Program-made: the position numbers and the translations under genes | The notes under the pieces: model-generated | The model's input: only the letters and a program-made list of their open reading frames with translations | What the model was told of the DNA's origin: nothing | Database searches by the model: none | Assembly: GCF_006345805.1 (NCBI RefSeq) | Contig: NC_043008.1 | Location: forward strand, 49,476,001-49,540,000 | DNA: 64,000 nucleotides | DNA from: Octopus sinensis | Taxonomy: Eukaryota | Direction: 5' to 3' | Shown here: positions 24,452 through 38,000 of the stretch, piece by piece | Layout of the letters: each line of letters starts with the position of its first letter | How positions within the stretch are numbered: position 1 is the first letter of the stretch

Positions 24452-25398
24452 CTCAGTCTGACGTTGATAATATGTTTATCATATTGTGCATAAATTGCAT
24501 ATATTTGTACATCTGTCTCTTTATCATACACCAGCCCTTGTCAATAAAAACTGACAATAAATTACTACTTCTACCACTACTACTATTATTATTGTTGTTG
24601 CCTTACTGGCACCTGTGCTGGTGGCATGTGTAAAAAGATTTGAGCGAGGTCATTGCCAGTACCAAGTGACTGGCCCCCATGCCATGGCATGTAAAAGGAC
24701 ACCATTCAAGCGTGATCGTTACCAACGTCGCCTTACTGGCACCTGTGCCATGTGTAAAAAGATTCAAGCGAGATCATTGCCAGTATTGCCTGTCTGGCCT
24801 CCGTACCAGTGGCACATAAAAAGCACCCACTATACTCTCGGAGTGGTTGGCATTAGGAAGGGCATCCAGCTGTAGAAACACTGCCAAATCAAGATTGGAG
24901 CCTGGTGCAGCCATCTGGTTCGCCAGTCCTCAGTCAAAATCGTCCAACCCATGCAAGCATGGAAAACGGACGTTAAACGATGATGATGTCAGTAGTCATA
25001 TTTTTATCTCGTGCTTTCACTGCATTACCGAGCGCATTACCAAATGACTGAAACAAGTAAAAGAGAGAGAGAGAATGGTGTTCTAGTTCTCTGTATTATG
25101 AGTTCAAACGCCTCCAGGATCAACATTGACTTTCCTCTCAGGCAAGGATTGAGTTCACTTCGATTGGTGAGTGTCCCCTTCCTCACCCCACCCCCATGTT
25201 TTCCAAAATGGATGCAAAGACAATTAAAAGTGTACAAAAAAAAAAGTTAATAAATAAAATAAACAAAAACTAGGAAATAAATTTACTCACACGGTCTATT
25301 CTAATCACTCTGGCTCCAAAATCTGCCATAATCATTCCACAGAATGGTGCTGGTGCCAGGCCAGCAAACTCCAAAACTGTCAATCCTTTCAGAGCCAT
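13204..25398 (-). CDS. AMACR: Alpha-methylacyl-CoA racemase (family III CoA-transferase fold), 382 aa. Coding exons 25398-25291, 24000-23862, 22594-22451, 18385-18203, 15871-15704, 13610-13204.
   Basis: Phase-consistent GT-AG exons translate to [36 protein letters not shown]...LGRGKESI...[19 protein letters not shown]...GHDINF...NLLGDFAGG...[30 protein letters not shown]...NSKL*. The catalytic His (GHD) and Asp (GDFAGG) are present. The C-terminal SKL is a peroxisomal PTS1. The last acceptor is AAG. Confidence 0.97.
13990..14480 (-). mobile_element. Possible decayed Penelope-like element coding fragment in the last AMACR intron
   Basis: A stop-riddled minus-strand frame (..[25 protein letters not shown]..) is loosely reminiscent of the PLE RT C-terminal region. 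Weak. Confidence 0.25.
15975..16990. mobile_element. Cluster of four TTAA/piggyBac-type MITEs (about 15975-16165, 16190-16390, 16459-16687, 16759-16990)
   Basis: TTAACCCTTTC..TTAC / GTAA.GAAAGGGTTAA and ..TAGCATT / AATGCTAAAG termini. The last two copies are near-identical. Confidence 0.75.
17325..17580 (+). mobile_element. Mariner transposase N-terminal (HTH) fragment
   Basis: [30 protein letters not shown]...[31 protein letters not shown]. Confidence 0.75.
20616..20662 (-). ncRNA. Second type I hammerhead-like motif of the same family
   Basis: Minus strand ATCTGTG [CTGATGA] A GGG aaataa CCC A [GAA] ACCGCGAT A^ CACAGAT. Helix I is a perfect 7 bp; helix III is a near-palindrome with one mismatch. 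Confidence 0.6.
21340..21563 (-). mobile_element. tRNA-headed SINE with hammerhead-like (Penelope-like) 3' part
   Basis: Head GCATATGGCGTAGTGATTAAGAGCG...GAGTTTGATTCC (Pol III A/B boxes), then (AAT)n, a body, and GACAC CTGATGA A GGCTG-N10-CAGCC GAAACGT. Confidence 0.7.
21561..22345 (+). mobile_element. Second, 5'-truncated copy of the same SINE, back-to-back with the first and interrupted by a ~570 bp element (about 21620-22195) inserted in its (AAT)n tract
   Basis: 21561-21605 and 22200-22335 are the reverse complements of the head and tail of the 21340-21563 copy. The insert ends in (AAT)n. Confidence 0.65.
22918..23845 (+). mobile_element. SINE family A copy with a hugely expanded internal microsatellite
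   Basis: The SINE head and tail flank 23097-23637. Confidence 0.75.
23097..23637. repeat. Compound microsatellite/minisatellite [ATATGCTT(GT)n(ATGT)m]
   Basis: About 23 units, each starting ATGCTTGTGTG, directly visible. Confidence 0.95.
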
Positions 25399-25859
25399 TT
25401 TCTGAAAGTGAAAAAATATTCAATAAGATCCAGAAGTAATTAATTTTGGAGCATTGGCTATGTCCACTCTGTAAGGTGGTTGGTGTTGGGAAGGGCCTTC
25501 TTTAGAATATTGAAGCAGTTAAAACAGAAATCATATGAGGAAAATACATTTCTTGTTATTTGGTTCTTGATAAGCTTTGGCTAATCAAGCAACAGTTTGA
25601 ACAAGCATCGGTGCTTATCACAGACAGCCATATCATTGCTTCCTGTACTATTGAAGATAGTAGTAGGATTCTATCATCATCATCATCATTCAATGCAGCA
25701 GTTCTCAACCAAGGTCCACATGACCCGGTGGTGGGGAGGCGTTCCATATTAGATCTTGATCTTAAAGCTTATGAGCAATAAATTGCTCATACCTCGACAA
25801 AACACAAAATACTTTAACAATTTTTTAATACAATTCCTGATAACATTTACTTGTAAAAA

Positions 25860-26210
25860 TGTAATAAAATAAATAATAATGAAATTATTGTATACAGTGC
25901 TCAGGTGCACCACAACTTGTCAGTCAGTGCGTATAAAGCATATGCAGTAATGTACAAATGTCTGGGAAGCGAACAGTGTATGAGTCAGATACATGCTTGC
26001 GTGTGTATGGAGGGCAGAAAATCAGGAAGCATGGAAGTTTTGAAGGATGCAGTGCTCCGACAACTAACAACTGAGGCCGGCAGTTTGTTCCATGCTTCAG
26101 CAACTCTTAGCATGAAAAAATGTTTCCGAAAGTCATGGGAGCTGTGCTGTTTTCTGATTTAGTAAACATGTCCACGGGTGTTAGACAAGTGGAGTTTGAA
26201 AAGGTGCTGG
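25860..26210 (-). mobile_element. CR1/L2-type LINE 3' fragment
   Basis: The minus strand encodes KQHSSHDFRKHFFMLRVAEAWNKLPASVVSCRSTASFKTSML, followed by a 3' UTR and a (TTA)n tail. Confidence 0.8.
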
Positions 26211-27439
26211 AGCACCGCCTTTAGTCGAGCATATCGACCCCAGGACTTATTTTTTGTAAGCCTAGTCCTTATTCTATTCTTCTCTTTTGCCGAAGCGCTA
26301 AGTTATGGGGACATAAACACACCAACATCGATTGTCAAGTGATGTTGGGGGCACAAACCATACACACACACACATATATATACGACGGGCTTCTTTCAGT
26401 TTCCGTCTACCAAATCCACTCACAAGACATTGGTCGGCCCGAGCCTATTTTAGAAGACACTTGCCCAGGGTGCCATGCAGTGGGACTGAACCCGGAACCA
26501 TCTGGTTGGTAAGCAAGCTACTTACCACACAGCCACTCCTATATATACATGTGTGTGTGTGTATATGTATGTATGTATGTGTATATATATATATACGTGC
26601 CAGTGGCATGTAAAAGGCACCATCCGATCATGGCCATTTGCCAGCCTCGTCTGGCACGTAAAAAGCACCCACTACACTCATGGAGTGGTTGGCGTTAGGA
26701 AGGGCATCCAGCCGTAGAAACATTGCTAGATCAGACTGGGTCTGGTGCAGCCTTCTGGCTTCCCAGACCCCAGTTGCACCGTCCAACCACGCCAGCATGG
26801 AAAGCGGATGCTAAACGATGATGATATACACACACACACACAAACAACATACATATCTATATATATAAAACTCAACTTGTGTGTCTGTGTGTGTATCTGT
26901 GTAACTTCCTGGCACATCTCCTCCTAGCCAACAAATTGTAGAACCACCAAAAATGGGTCACTTAAAGTTTAGGCGAATGAAAATTGAACTGCGCTATTTC
27001 TGTTCCGAAATTCATCTCGCAAGTGAAACATCGATGTGTTTGTTTAGGCCTTATCCCATGCATTGAATAGGGAACTTTACTCAGTCAGCTGTTTGACGTG
27101 AACTGTGTTCACCACGCGTAAATTGCATGAAAAATAAAAAAATCAAGATATAAAAACGAATCACTGTAAACATTGTAGAAATTCGGCAAAGAAATGAATT
27201 TTCGGGACGTAGCCTGGAGGGTTTTTTCGTATTAATCGTTTGAACTTTGTGAACGGATACAAATTGTTTTCATAACATTTTTAACGCTTTGAATTAAATG
27301 TGACCATTTTGCGTTGAGTCTGCAGTTTGAATCACTTTAACCAAATTTTAGTAGGCCGAATTTTTGATCATCATGATACATCGTCAGCGACTCCCCGAAA
27401 CTCTCCTCTGAAATCCACGTTGTGCTGGGCAATACTGCT

Positions 27440-27985
27440 AGTATACATATATATATGAAATTGTACATATATATATGTATATGTACATACATATATGTAT
27501 ATATACACATATATATATATATATATGTATATATACACATATATATGTATATGTACATACATATATGTATATATACACATATATATATATATATATGTAT
27601 ATATACACATATATGTATATATATATGTATATATACACATATATGTATATATACACATATATGTATATATACACATATATGTATATATACACATATATGT
27701 ATATACACACATATATATATATATATGTATATATACACATATATGTATATATATATGTATATACACATATATGTATATATATATGTATATATACACATAT
27801 ATGTATATATACACATATATGTATATATACACACATATCAATATATATGTATACATATATAAATATATATGTACACATATATGTATATATACACATATAT
27901 AAATATATATGTACACATACACACACACACACATATATATACATACATACACACAAACACACATACATATATATATATATAAATA
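27440..27985. repeat. Compound (TA)/(TATG)/(CA) microsatellite with unit ATATGTATATATACAC
   Basis: Directly visible. Confidence 0.95.
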
Positions 27986-28239
27986 CACAAATATATGCAA
28001 TACAAGTAATGCAAAATGAAGAAAAAATATAACTGCTTTCTTACTTCCACAATCTGGATTTCTTCACAAAATGAAAGACAAAAAGAACTTTGAACGAGTA
28101 CCTTCTTGGTATCAGTGCTGACCTGATTATATAAACAGCAAAAGATAACAGAAACAGACTGATATGCAACAAATTGGTCTTGAAGTCTATTGAAAAGCAT
28201 AATATTTCATTGTCAAGCTTACAACTGTTAACATCACCA

Positions 28240-29085
28240 TCATCATTTAATGTCCGCTTTCCATGCTGGCATGGGTTGGACAATTTGACTTAGGGCTGGT
28301 GAGCCAGAAGTCTGCACCAGTCTCCAATCTGATCTGCAAAGTTTCTACAGCTGGATGCCCTTCCTAACGCCAACCACTCCGAGAGCGTAGTTGGTGCTTT
28401 TATGTACCACTGGAACGAGGGCCAGTCAGGCGGTACTGGCATTGGCTATGCTCAAATAGAGCTTTTTATGTGCTATCTGCACAGGAGCCAGTCTGGCGGC
28501 ACTGGCAATGACCACACTAGAATAGTTCTTTTGTACGTGCCACTGGCACAGGAGCCAGTCAGCGGCCCTGGCAACAATCACGCTCGAATCATGCTTCTAA
28601 TGTTCCACTGACACTGGTGCCTATCAAGTGGTACTGTCATTAGCCACGACAGCAATTTCACTTACCTCAACAGGTCTTCGCAAGCATAGTTTATTGTCCA
28701 ATGATTGAAGGGTAATCTTAAATGGGCTGGTTATACAGCACTGGCATAGGCAATTGTTATGGTCTCGACTTGCCGGGTCCTCGCAAGCACAGCATATCTC
28801 CAAAGGTCTCGGTCACTTGTCAGAGCCTTGGTGAGGCCCAATGTTTAAAGGTTGTGCTTCACCACCTCATCCCAGGTTTTCCTGGGTCTACCTCTTCCAC
28901 AGGTTCCCTCAACTGCTAGGGTGTGACACTTTTTCACACATCTGTCCTCATTCATTCGCAACACACAACTGTACCAGTGCAGCCGTCTCTCTTGCACACC
29001 ACATCTGATGCTTCTTAAATCCAACTTTTCTCTCAGGGTGCTTACACTCTGTTGTGTATGCACGCTGACATTACACATCCAGAAG
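28240..29085 (-). mobile_element. 5'-truncated RTE LINE (ORF2 C-terminus + 3' UTR + TGA tail), abutting the start of the tandem array
   Basis: WMCNVSV...LREKLDLRSIRCGVQERRLHW...VEGTCGRGRPRKTWDEVVKH. Confidence 0.85.
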
Positions 29086-32000
29086 AGATTCAAATAGTCA
29101 ATTAACTGACCATAATTCTTAATTGGAAAGAGATTATCAGAATTTCAAAAATTGTACAACATTAAATTTCAGCCGAAAGATGGCTTAATTATTCATCATG
29201 CAATCTCTTTCCAAATGAATACAACAATTCCCTATATTTTTGTGTGCATGAAGATTTAGCGTTTGTCGTGAGTTCGTATTCTGTGCTATGCTTGCTTCTA
29301 CGATCTCCAAAGCTTGATATTTTCAGTTTATTTTGCATTTGAGTGATTCCATGGATCCTGGCCTTGACTCTAATAGTGATCATGGTGACAAGAGTGATGT
29401 TTCAGACGTGTATATGCTGTCAGAGGGTGACTTTTCGGTGAACTTTGAGCACATTGAAAGCAGCAATGATGGAGGTGAATTATGTGAACATGACAATGAG
29501 GACAGTAGTAGCGATGAAGGTGAAGGGCAAGGTGTCGGTCCCTGGTTGAGGATTGTTGATCAACCTTCAGAGGACAAAGCAGCCACTATGACATACTGGT
29601 ATCATGACTACATATTCAGCAATTACAATTTATATGTTCATCATCCTGCTTTTGGCAACTATACAGACATTTCAAAGATGTATTTGTATAAACAAAGATG
29701 ATTTCTCTCCTTAGTTTGAAGACAACCTCATTGGCCATAAAACACAAAAGCTCTCTTGTAACAATATACAAAATAGAATCTAATTTATATCCAGTTGACC
29801 TGTAAACAAATTCCTATCTTAACGAAACACAGGAAACTGAGGACAATATAAAGCGACTACTAAGTTCTACCTTTAGCATAAAATGTTATACTATTTGGAA
29901 GGGACCATCAGAATTCGGAAGATTATGAATCATTCTGGTTCAGCCGAAAAAAATCATCATAAAATCTCCATCCAAAAACCAGTGAAATACTTATGTCATC
30001 AGTTCTGTTCCAAACATGCTCAATTCACTTATATAACAATATTATTGATTTTCAAAAAAGAAAACAACAAAAAAACTGCAATTTATTGAACACAAGAGAA
30101 GAACCATATGATAGGATTACATAGCTGCAAATCACAAGTAGTAAGAGTGTTATAGAAACTATCTGCAAAATAAATAATACAAAAATATATGAAGTCACAA
30201 GATCTAAGACTAGACACCATATTAAACCCTGCTCTGTGTATAAGTAGTATATCTTAACTAGTGAAAGAAAATGACTTAGGCCTCCCTGCTGTTACTAGTT
30301 ACAAGTATCTAAGTTGTGACGAAATATAAAAACCGATTCTTTGAAACTGATTTAAGCAAAGCGAGCCAAGAACACCCACCCGTTTTATTGAAATAAAAAG
30401 AACAAAAATTCAGATTCAAATAGTCAATTAACTTACCATAATTCTTAATTGGAAAGAGATTATCAGAATTTCAAAAATTGTACAACATTAAATTTCAGCC
30501 GAAAGATGGCTTAATTATTCATCATGCAATCTCTTTCCAAATGAATACAACAATTCCCTATATTTTTGTGTGCATGAAGATTTAGCGTTTGTCGTGAGTT
30601 CGTATTCTGTGCTATGCTTGCTTCTACGATCTCCAAAGCTTGATATTTTCAGTTTATTTTGCATTTGAGTGATTCCATGGATCCTGGCCATGACTCTAAT
30701 AGTGATTATGGTGACAAGAGCGATGTTTCAGGCGTGTATATGCTGTCAGAGTGTGACTTTTCGGTAAACTTTGAGCACATTGAAAGCAGCAATGAAGGGG
30801 AAGGGCAAGGTGTTGTAACAAAAACACAGCAAAAACCTTGAACAATTGGGAAAAAAAAATCTTTCGTCAGGGTCATAATTCTATGAAAGACAATTATATG
30901 AGAAGCAGTACAAAAAGTTTTTCACTATAAGATGTACCCAGTGTAAGCTATGGACACATAAGAGGTGCAGCAATATCAAAGGAAGGCTAACTGGGAAGAC
31001 AGTTTTGTATGTGGCAAATGCTCAGATGCTATGAACACTGAAAATGTGCAGAGAACAGCTTCTGTCACATTCCAGGGAGAAAAAACTACAAGTAGTTGAT
31101 AGCTTCCGTTACCTAGGGGACCAAGTCACCAGCAGAGGTACGATCTCTCTGGACTTTGCTCAGGCTATTCTTACCCCTAGTAGTTTTTTCTCCCTGGAAT
31201 GTGACAGAAGCTGTTCTCTGCACATTTTCAGTGTTTATAGCATCTGAGCATTTGCCACATACAAAACTGTCTTCCCAGTTAGCCTTCCTTTGATATTGCT
31301 GCACCTCTTATGTGTCCATGGCTTACACTGGGTACATCTTATAGAGTTTCTACCTACACCGTTTCTACAGGTCGAGAAGGGCCATCTACCTGAAGGGATT
31401 TGTAGTTTGTCTGTCTTCCTGTTCCCTCTTTTAGTAATAGAGCACAAGCATTATGTTCTGTTGGAATTATATAGTTCACTCGTGTTTTTCTGGCTAACCT
31501 TTGTATTGTTAGCGTTGCTTGAATGACTATAGATTTTTCATTCACAAAGTATACATGTTTTAAAAGGCAGTAAAAGATATGAAAATCAGGTATAATAAAG
31601 TCTTTCAGTCTAATTGCTATGAAGGTATGATGCTTTGGAGAAAAAAATTAGAAGAAAAAGTTACAGAGGTTTAAAAATAAAAAAATTTGTGCATTTTGGC
31701 TGATAGTGAGACAGAAATTTTCTGCGTTTAGCGGAGCAGTGTCGACTTTAACACATTAAGTGTGACAGGCCATGATTGTGGCCATCAGGCACAGGTTGAC
31801 AGGCCACAATATTATTTATTTTCAAAAAAAAAAACAAAAAAAAAAGAAATTTATTGAACACAAGAGAAGAACCATATGATAGGATTACATAGCTGCAAAT
31901 CACAAGTAGTAAGAGTGTTATAGAAACTATCTGCAAAATAAATAATACAAAAATATATGAAGTCACAAGATCTAAGACTAGACACCATATTAAACCTGCT

Positions 32001-35000
32001 CTGTGTATAAGTAGTATATCTTAACTAGTGAAAGAAAATGACTTAGGCCTCCTGCTGTTACTAGTTACAAGTATCTAATTTGTGACAAAATATAAAAACC
32101 GATTCTTTGAAAATGATCTAAGCAAAGCGAGCCAAGAACACACACCTGTTTTATTTAAATAAAAAGAAAAAAAATTCAGATTCAAATAGTCAATTAACTT
32201 ACCATAATTCTTAATTGGAAAGAGATTATCAGAATTTCAAAAATTGTACAACATTAAATTTCAGCCGAAAGATGGCTTAATTATTCATCATGCAATCTCT
32301 TTCCAAATGAATACAACAATTCCCTATATTTTTGTGTGCATGAAGATTTAGCGTTTGTCGTGAGTTCGTATTCTGTGCTATGCTTGCTTCTACGATCTCC
32401 AAAGCTTGATATTTTCAGTTTATTTTGCATTTGAGTGATTCCATGGATCCTGGCCTTGACTCTAATAGTGATTATGGTGACAAGAGTGATGTTTCAGGCA
32501 TGTATATGCTGTCAGAGGGTGACTTTTCGGTGAACTTTGAGCACATTGAAAGCAGCAATGATGGAGGTGAATTATGTGAACATGACAATGAGGACAGTAG
32601 TAGCAATGAAGGTGAAGGGCAAGGTGTTCTAACAAAAACTGAGCAGAACCTTGAACAATTGGGGAAAAAAAATCTTTCGTCAGGGTCGTAATTCTATGAA
32701 TGACATAATTATATAAAATAGAAAAGCAGTACAAAAAGATTTTCACTATAAGATGTACCCAGTGTAAGCTATGGACACATAAGAGGTGCAGCAATATCAA
32801 AGGAAGGCTAACTGGGAAGAGAGTTTTGTATGTGGCAAATGCTCAGATGCTATAAACACTGAAAATGTGCAGAGAACAGCTTCTGTCACATTCCAGGGAG
32901 AAAAAACTACAAGTAGTTGATAGCTTCCGTTACCTAGGGAACCAAGTCACCAGCAGAGGTAGCATCTCTCCGAACTTTGCTCAGGCTATTCTTATTCTAG
33001 AAGCTACACTTTCAGAGCATCTACCCCTGCTACTGACTTGGTCCATTAAGTTACAGAAGCTATCAACTACTTCAAGTTTTTCTCCCTGGAATGTGACAGA
33101 AGCTGTTCTCTGCACATTTTCAGTGTTCATAGCACCTGAGCATTAGCCACATACAAAACTGTCTTCCCAGTTAGCCTTCCTTTGATATTGCTGCAGCTCT
33201 TATGTGTCCATGGCTTACACTGGGTACATCTTATAGTGAAAATCTTTTTGTACTGCTTCTCTATTTATATCCAGTTGACCTGTAAACAAATTCCTATCTT
33301 AACGAAACACAGGAAACTGAGGACAATATAAAGCGACTACTAAGTTCTACCTTTAGCATAAAATGTTATACTATTTGGAAGGGACCATCAGAATTCGGAA
33401 GATTATGAATCATTCTGGTTCAGCCGAAAAAAATCATCATAAAATCTCCATCCAAAAACCAGTGAAATACTTATGTCATCAGTTCTGTTCCAAACATGCT
33501 CAATTCACTTATATAACAATATTATTGATTTTCAAAAAAAAAAAAAAAAAAACTGTAATTTATTGAACACAAGAGAAGAACCATATGATAGGATTACATA
33601 GCTGCAAATCACAAGTAGTAAAAGTGTTATAGAAACTATCTGCAAAATAAATAATACAAAAATATATGAAGTCACAAGATCTAAGACTAGACACCATATT
33701 AAACCCTGCTCTGTGTATAAGTAGTATATCTTAACTAGTGAAAGAAAATGACTTAGGCCTCCCTGCTGTTACTAGTTACAAGTATCTAATTTGTGACAAA
33801 ATATAAAAACCGATTCTTTGAAACTGATTTAAGCAAAGCGAGCCAAGAACACCCACCCGTTTTATTGAAATAAAAAGAAAAAAAATTCAGATTCAAATAG
33901 TCAATTAACTTACCATAATTCTTAATTGGAAAGAGATTATCAGAATTTCAAAAATTGTACAACATTAAATTTCAGCCGAAAGATGGCTTAATTATTCATC
34001 ATGCAATCTCTTTCCAAATGAATACAACAATTCCCTATATTTTTGTGTGCATGAAGATTTAGCGTTTGTCGTGAGTTCGTATTCTGTGCTATGCTTGCTT
34101 CTACGATCTCCAAAGCTTGATATTTTCAGTTTATTTTGCATTTGAGTGATTCCATGGATCCTGGCCTTGACTCTAATAGTGATTATGGTGACAAGAGTGA
34201 TGTTTCAGACGTGTATATGCTGTCAGAGGGTGACTTTTCGGTGAACTTTGAGCACATTGAAAGCAGCAATGATGGAGGTGAATTATGTGAACATGACAAT
34301 GAGGACAGTAGTAGCGATGAAGGTGAAGGGCAAGGTGTTCTAACAAAAACTGAGCAGAACCTTGAACAATTGGGGAAAAAAAATCTTTCGTCAGGGTCGT
34401 AATTCTATGAATGACATAATTATATAAAATAGAGAAGCAGTACAAAAAGATTTTCACTATAAGATGTACCCAGTGTAAGCTATGGACACATAAGAGGTGC
34501 AGCAATATCAAAGGAAGGCTAACTGGGAAGACAGTTTTGTATGTGGCAAATGCTCAGATGCTATAAACACTGAAAATGTGCAGAGAACAGCTTGTCACAT
34601 TCCAAGGAGAAAAAACTACAAGTAGTTGATAGCTTCCATTACCTAGGGGACCAAGTCACCAGCAGAGGTAGGATCTCTCTGAACTTTGCTCAGGCTATTC
34701 TTATTCTAGAAGCTACACTTTCAGAGCATCTACCCCTGCTATTGACTTGGTCCATTAAGTTACAGAAGCTATCAACTACTTCAAGTTTTTCTCCCTGGAA
34801 TGTGACAGAAGCTGTTCTCTGCACATTTTCAGTGTTTATAGCATCTGAGCATTAGCCACATACAAAACTGTCTTCCCAGTTAGCCTTCCTTTGATATTGC
34901 TGCACCTCTTATGTGTCCATGGCTTACACTGGGTACATCTTATAGAGTTTCTACCTACACCGTTTCTACAGGTCGAGAAGGGCCATCTACCTGAAGGGAT

Positions 35001-38000
35001 TTGTAGTTTGTCTGTCTTCCTGTTCCCTCTTTTAGTAATAGAGCACAAGCATTATGTTCTGTTGGAATTATATAGTTCACTCGTGTTTTTCTGGCTAACC
35101 TTTGTATTGTTAGCGTTGCTTGAATGACTATAGATTTTTCATTCACAAAGTATACATGTTTTAAAAGGCAGTAAAAGATATGAAAATCAGGTATAATAAA
35201 GTCTTTCAGTCTAATTGCTATGAAGGTATGATGCCTTGGACAAAAAAATTAGAAGGAAAAGTTACAGAGGTTTAAAAATAAAAAAATTTGTGCATTTTGG
35301 CTGATAGTGAGACAGAAATTTTCTGCGTTTAGCGGAGCAGTGTCGACTTTAACACATTAAGTGTGACAGGCCATGATTGTGGCCATCAGGCACAGGTTGA
35401 CAGGCCACAATATTATTGATTTTCAAAAAAAAAAACAAAAAAAAAACTAATTTATTGAACACAAAAGAAGAACAATATGATAGGATTACATAGCTGCAAA
35501 TCACAAGTAGTAAGAGTGTTATAGAAACTATCTGCAAAATAAATAATACAAAAATATATGAAGTCACAAGATCTAAGACTAGACACCATATTAAACCCTG
35601 CTCTGTGTATAAGTAGTATATCTTAACTAGTGAAAGAAAATGACTTAGGCCTCCCTGCTGTTACTAGTTACAAGTATCTAATTTGTGACAAAATATAAAA
35701 ACCGATTCTTTGAAAATGATTTAAGCAAAGCGAGCCAAGAACACACACCTGTTTTATTGAAATAAAAAGAAAAAAAATTCAGATTCAAATAGTCAATTAA
35801 CTTACCATAATTCTTAATTGGAAAGAGATTATCAGAATTTCAAAAATTGTACAACATTAAATTTCAGCCGAAAGATGGCTTAATTATTCATCATGCAATC
35901 TCTTTCCAAATGAATACAACAATTCCCTATATTTTTGTGTGCATGAAGATTTAGCATTTGTCGCGAGTTCGTATTCTGTGCTATGCTTGCTTCTACGATC
36001 TCCAAAGCTTGATATTTTCAGTTTATTTTGCATTTGAGTGATTCCATGGATCCTGGCCTTGACTCTAATAGTGATTATGGTGACAAGAGCGATGTTTCAG
36101 GCGTGTATATGCTGTCAGAGGGTGACTTTTCGGTAAACTTTGAGCACATTGAAAGCAGCAATGAAGGGGAAGGGCAAGGTGTTGTAACAAAAACACAGCA
36201 AAAACCTTGAACAATTGGGAAAAAAAAATCTTTCGTCAGGGTCATAATTCTATGAAAGACAATTATATGAGAAGCAGTACAAAAAGTTTTTCACTATAAG
36301 ATGTACCCAGTGCAAGCTATGGACACATAAGAGGTGCAGCAATATCAAAGGAAGGCTAACTGGGAAGACAGTTTTGTATGTGGCAAATGCTCAGATGCTA
36401 TAAACACTGAAAATGTGCAGAGAACAGCTTGTCACATTCCAAGGAGAAAAAAATACAAGTAGTTGATAGCTTCCATTACCTAGGGGACCAAGTCACCAGC
36501 AGAGGTAGCATCTCTCTGAACTTTGCTCAGGCTATTCTTATTCTAGAAGCTACACTTTCAGAGCATCTACCCCTGCTATTGACTTGGTCCATTAAGTTAC
36601 AGAAGCTATCAACTACTTCAAGTTTTTCTCCCTGGAATGTGACAGAAGCTGTTCTCTGCACATTTTCAGTGTTTATAGCATCTGAGCATTAGCCACATAC
36701 AAAACTGTCTTTCCAGTTAGCCTTCCTTTGATATTGCTGCACCTCTTATGTGTCCATGGCTTACACTGGGTACATCTTATAGAGTTTCTACCTACACCGT
36801 TTCTACAGGTCGAGAAGGGCCATCTACCTGAAGGGATTTGTAGTTTGTCTGTCTTCCTGTTCCCTCTTTTAGTAATAGAGCACAAGCATTATGTTCTGTT
36901 GGAATTATATAGTTCACTCGTGTTTTTCTGGCTAACCTTTGCATTGTTAGCGTTGCTTGAATGACTATAGATTTTTCATTCACAAAGTATACATGTTTTA
37001 AAAGGCAGTAAAAGATATGAAAATCAGGTATAATAAAGTCTTTCAGTCTAATTGCTATGAAGGTATGATGCTTTGGAGAAAAAAATTAGAAGAAAAAGTT
37101 ACAGAGGTTTAAAAATAAAAAAATTTGTGCATTTTGGCTGATAGTGAGACAGAAATTTTCTGCGTTTAGCGGAGCAGTGTCGACTTTAACACATTAAGTG
37201 TGACAGGCCATGATTGTGGCCATCAGGCACAGGTTGACAGGCCACAATATTATTGATTTTCAAAAAAAAACAAAAAAAAACTAATTTATTGAACACAAGA
37301 GAAGAACCATATGATAGGATTACATAGCTGCAAATCACAAGTAGTAAGAGTGTTATAGAAACTATCTGCAAAATAAATAATACAAAAATATATGAAGTCA
37401 CAAGATCTAAGACTAGACACCATATTAAACCCTGCTCTGTGTATAAGTAGTATATCTTAACTAGTGAAAGAAAATGACTTAGGCCTCCCTGCTGTTACTA
37501 GTTACAAGTATCTAATTTGTGACAAAATATAAAAACCGATTCTTTGAAACTGATCTAAGCAAAGCGAGCCAAGAACACCCACCTGTTTTATTTAAATAAA
37601 AAGAAAAAAAATTCAGATTCAAATAGTCAATTAACTTACCATAATTCTTAATTGGAAAGAGATTATCAGAATTTCAAAAATTGTACAACATTAAATTTCA
37701 GCCGAAAGATGGCTTAATTATTCATCATGCAATCTCTTTCCAAATGAATACAACAATTCCCTATATTTTTGTGTGCATGAAGATTTAGCGTTTGTCGTGA
37801 GTTCATATTCTGTGCTATGTTTGCTTCTACGATCTCCAAAGCTTGATATTTTCAGTTTATTTTGCATTTGAGTGATTCCATGGATCCTGGCCTTGACTCT
37901 AATAGTGATTATGGTGACAAGAGTGATGTTTCAGGCATGTATATGCTGTCAGAGGGTGACTTTTCGGTGAACTTTGAGCACATTGAAAGCAGCAATGATG

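Noticed and set aside
27337-28032. Several overlapping 135-209 aa I/Y/H/M/C ORFs
   Set aside because: Artefacts of the TA/TATG microsatellite.
29333-29701. Acidic ORF as a tandemly duplicated novel protein gene
   Set aside because: The ORF ends differ or frameshift between copies, and the context points to a piggyBac transposase N-terminal stub.
31748-31966. Repeated hydrophobic ORF MTSYIFVLFILQIVSITLLLLVICSYV.. resembling a transmembrane or GPCR helix
   Set aside because: It is an AT-rich polypyrimidine/acceptor region, with a non-ATG start and variable length across a polyA run. No family motifs.
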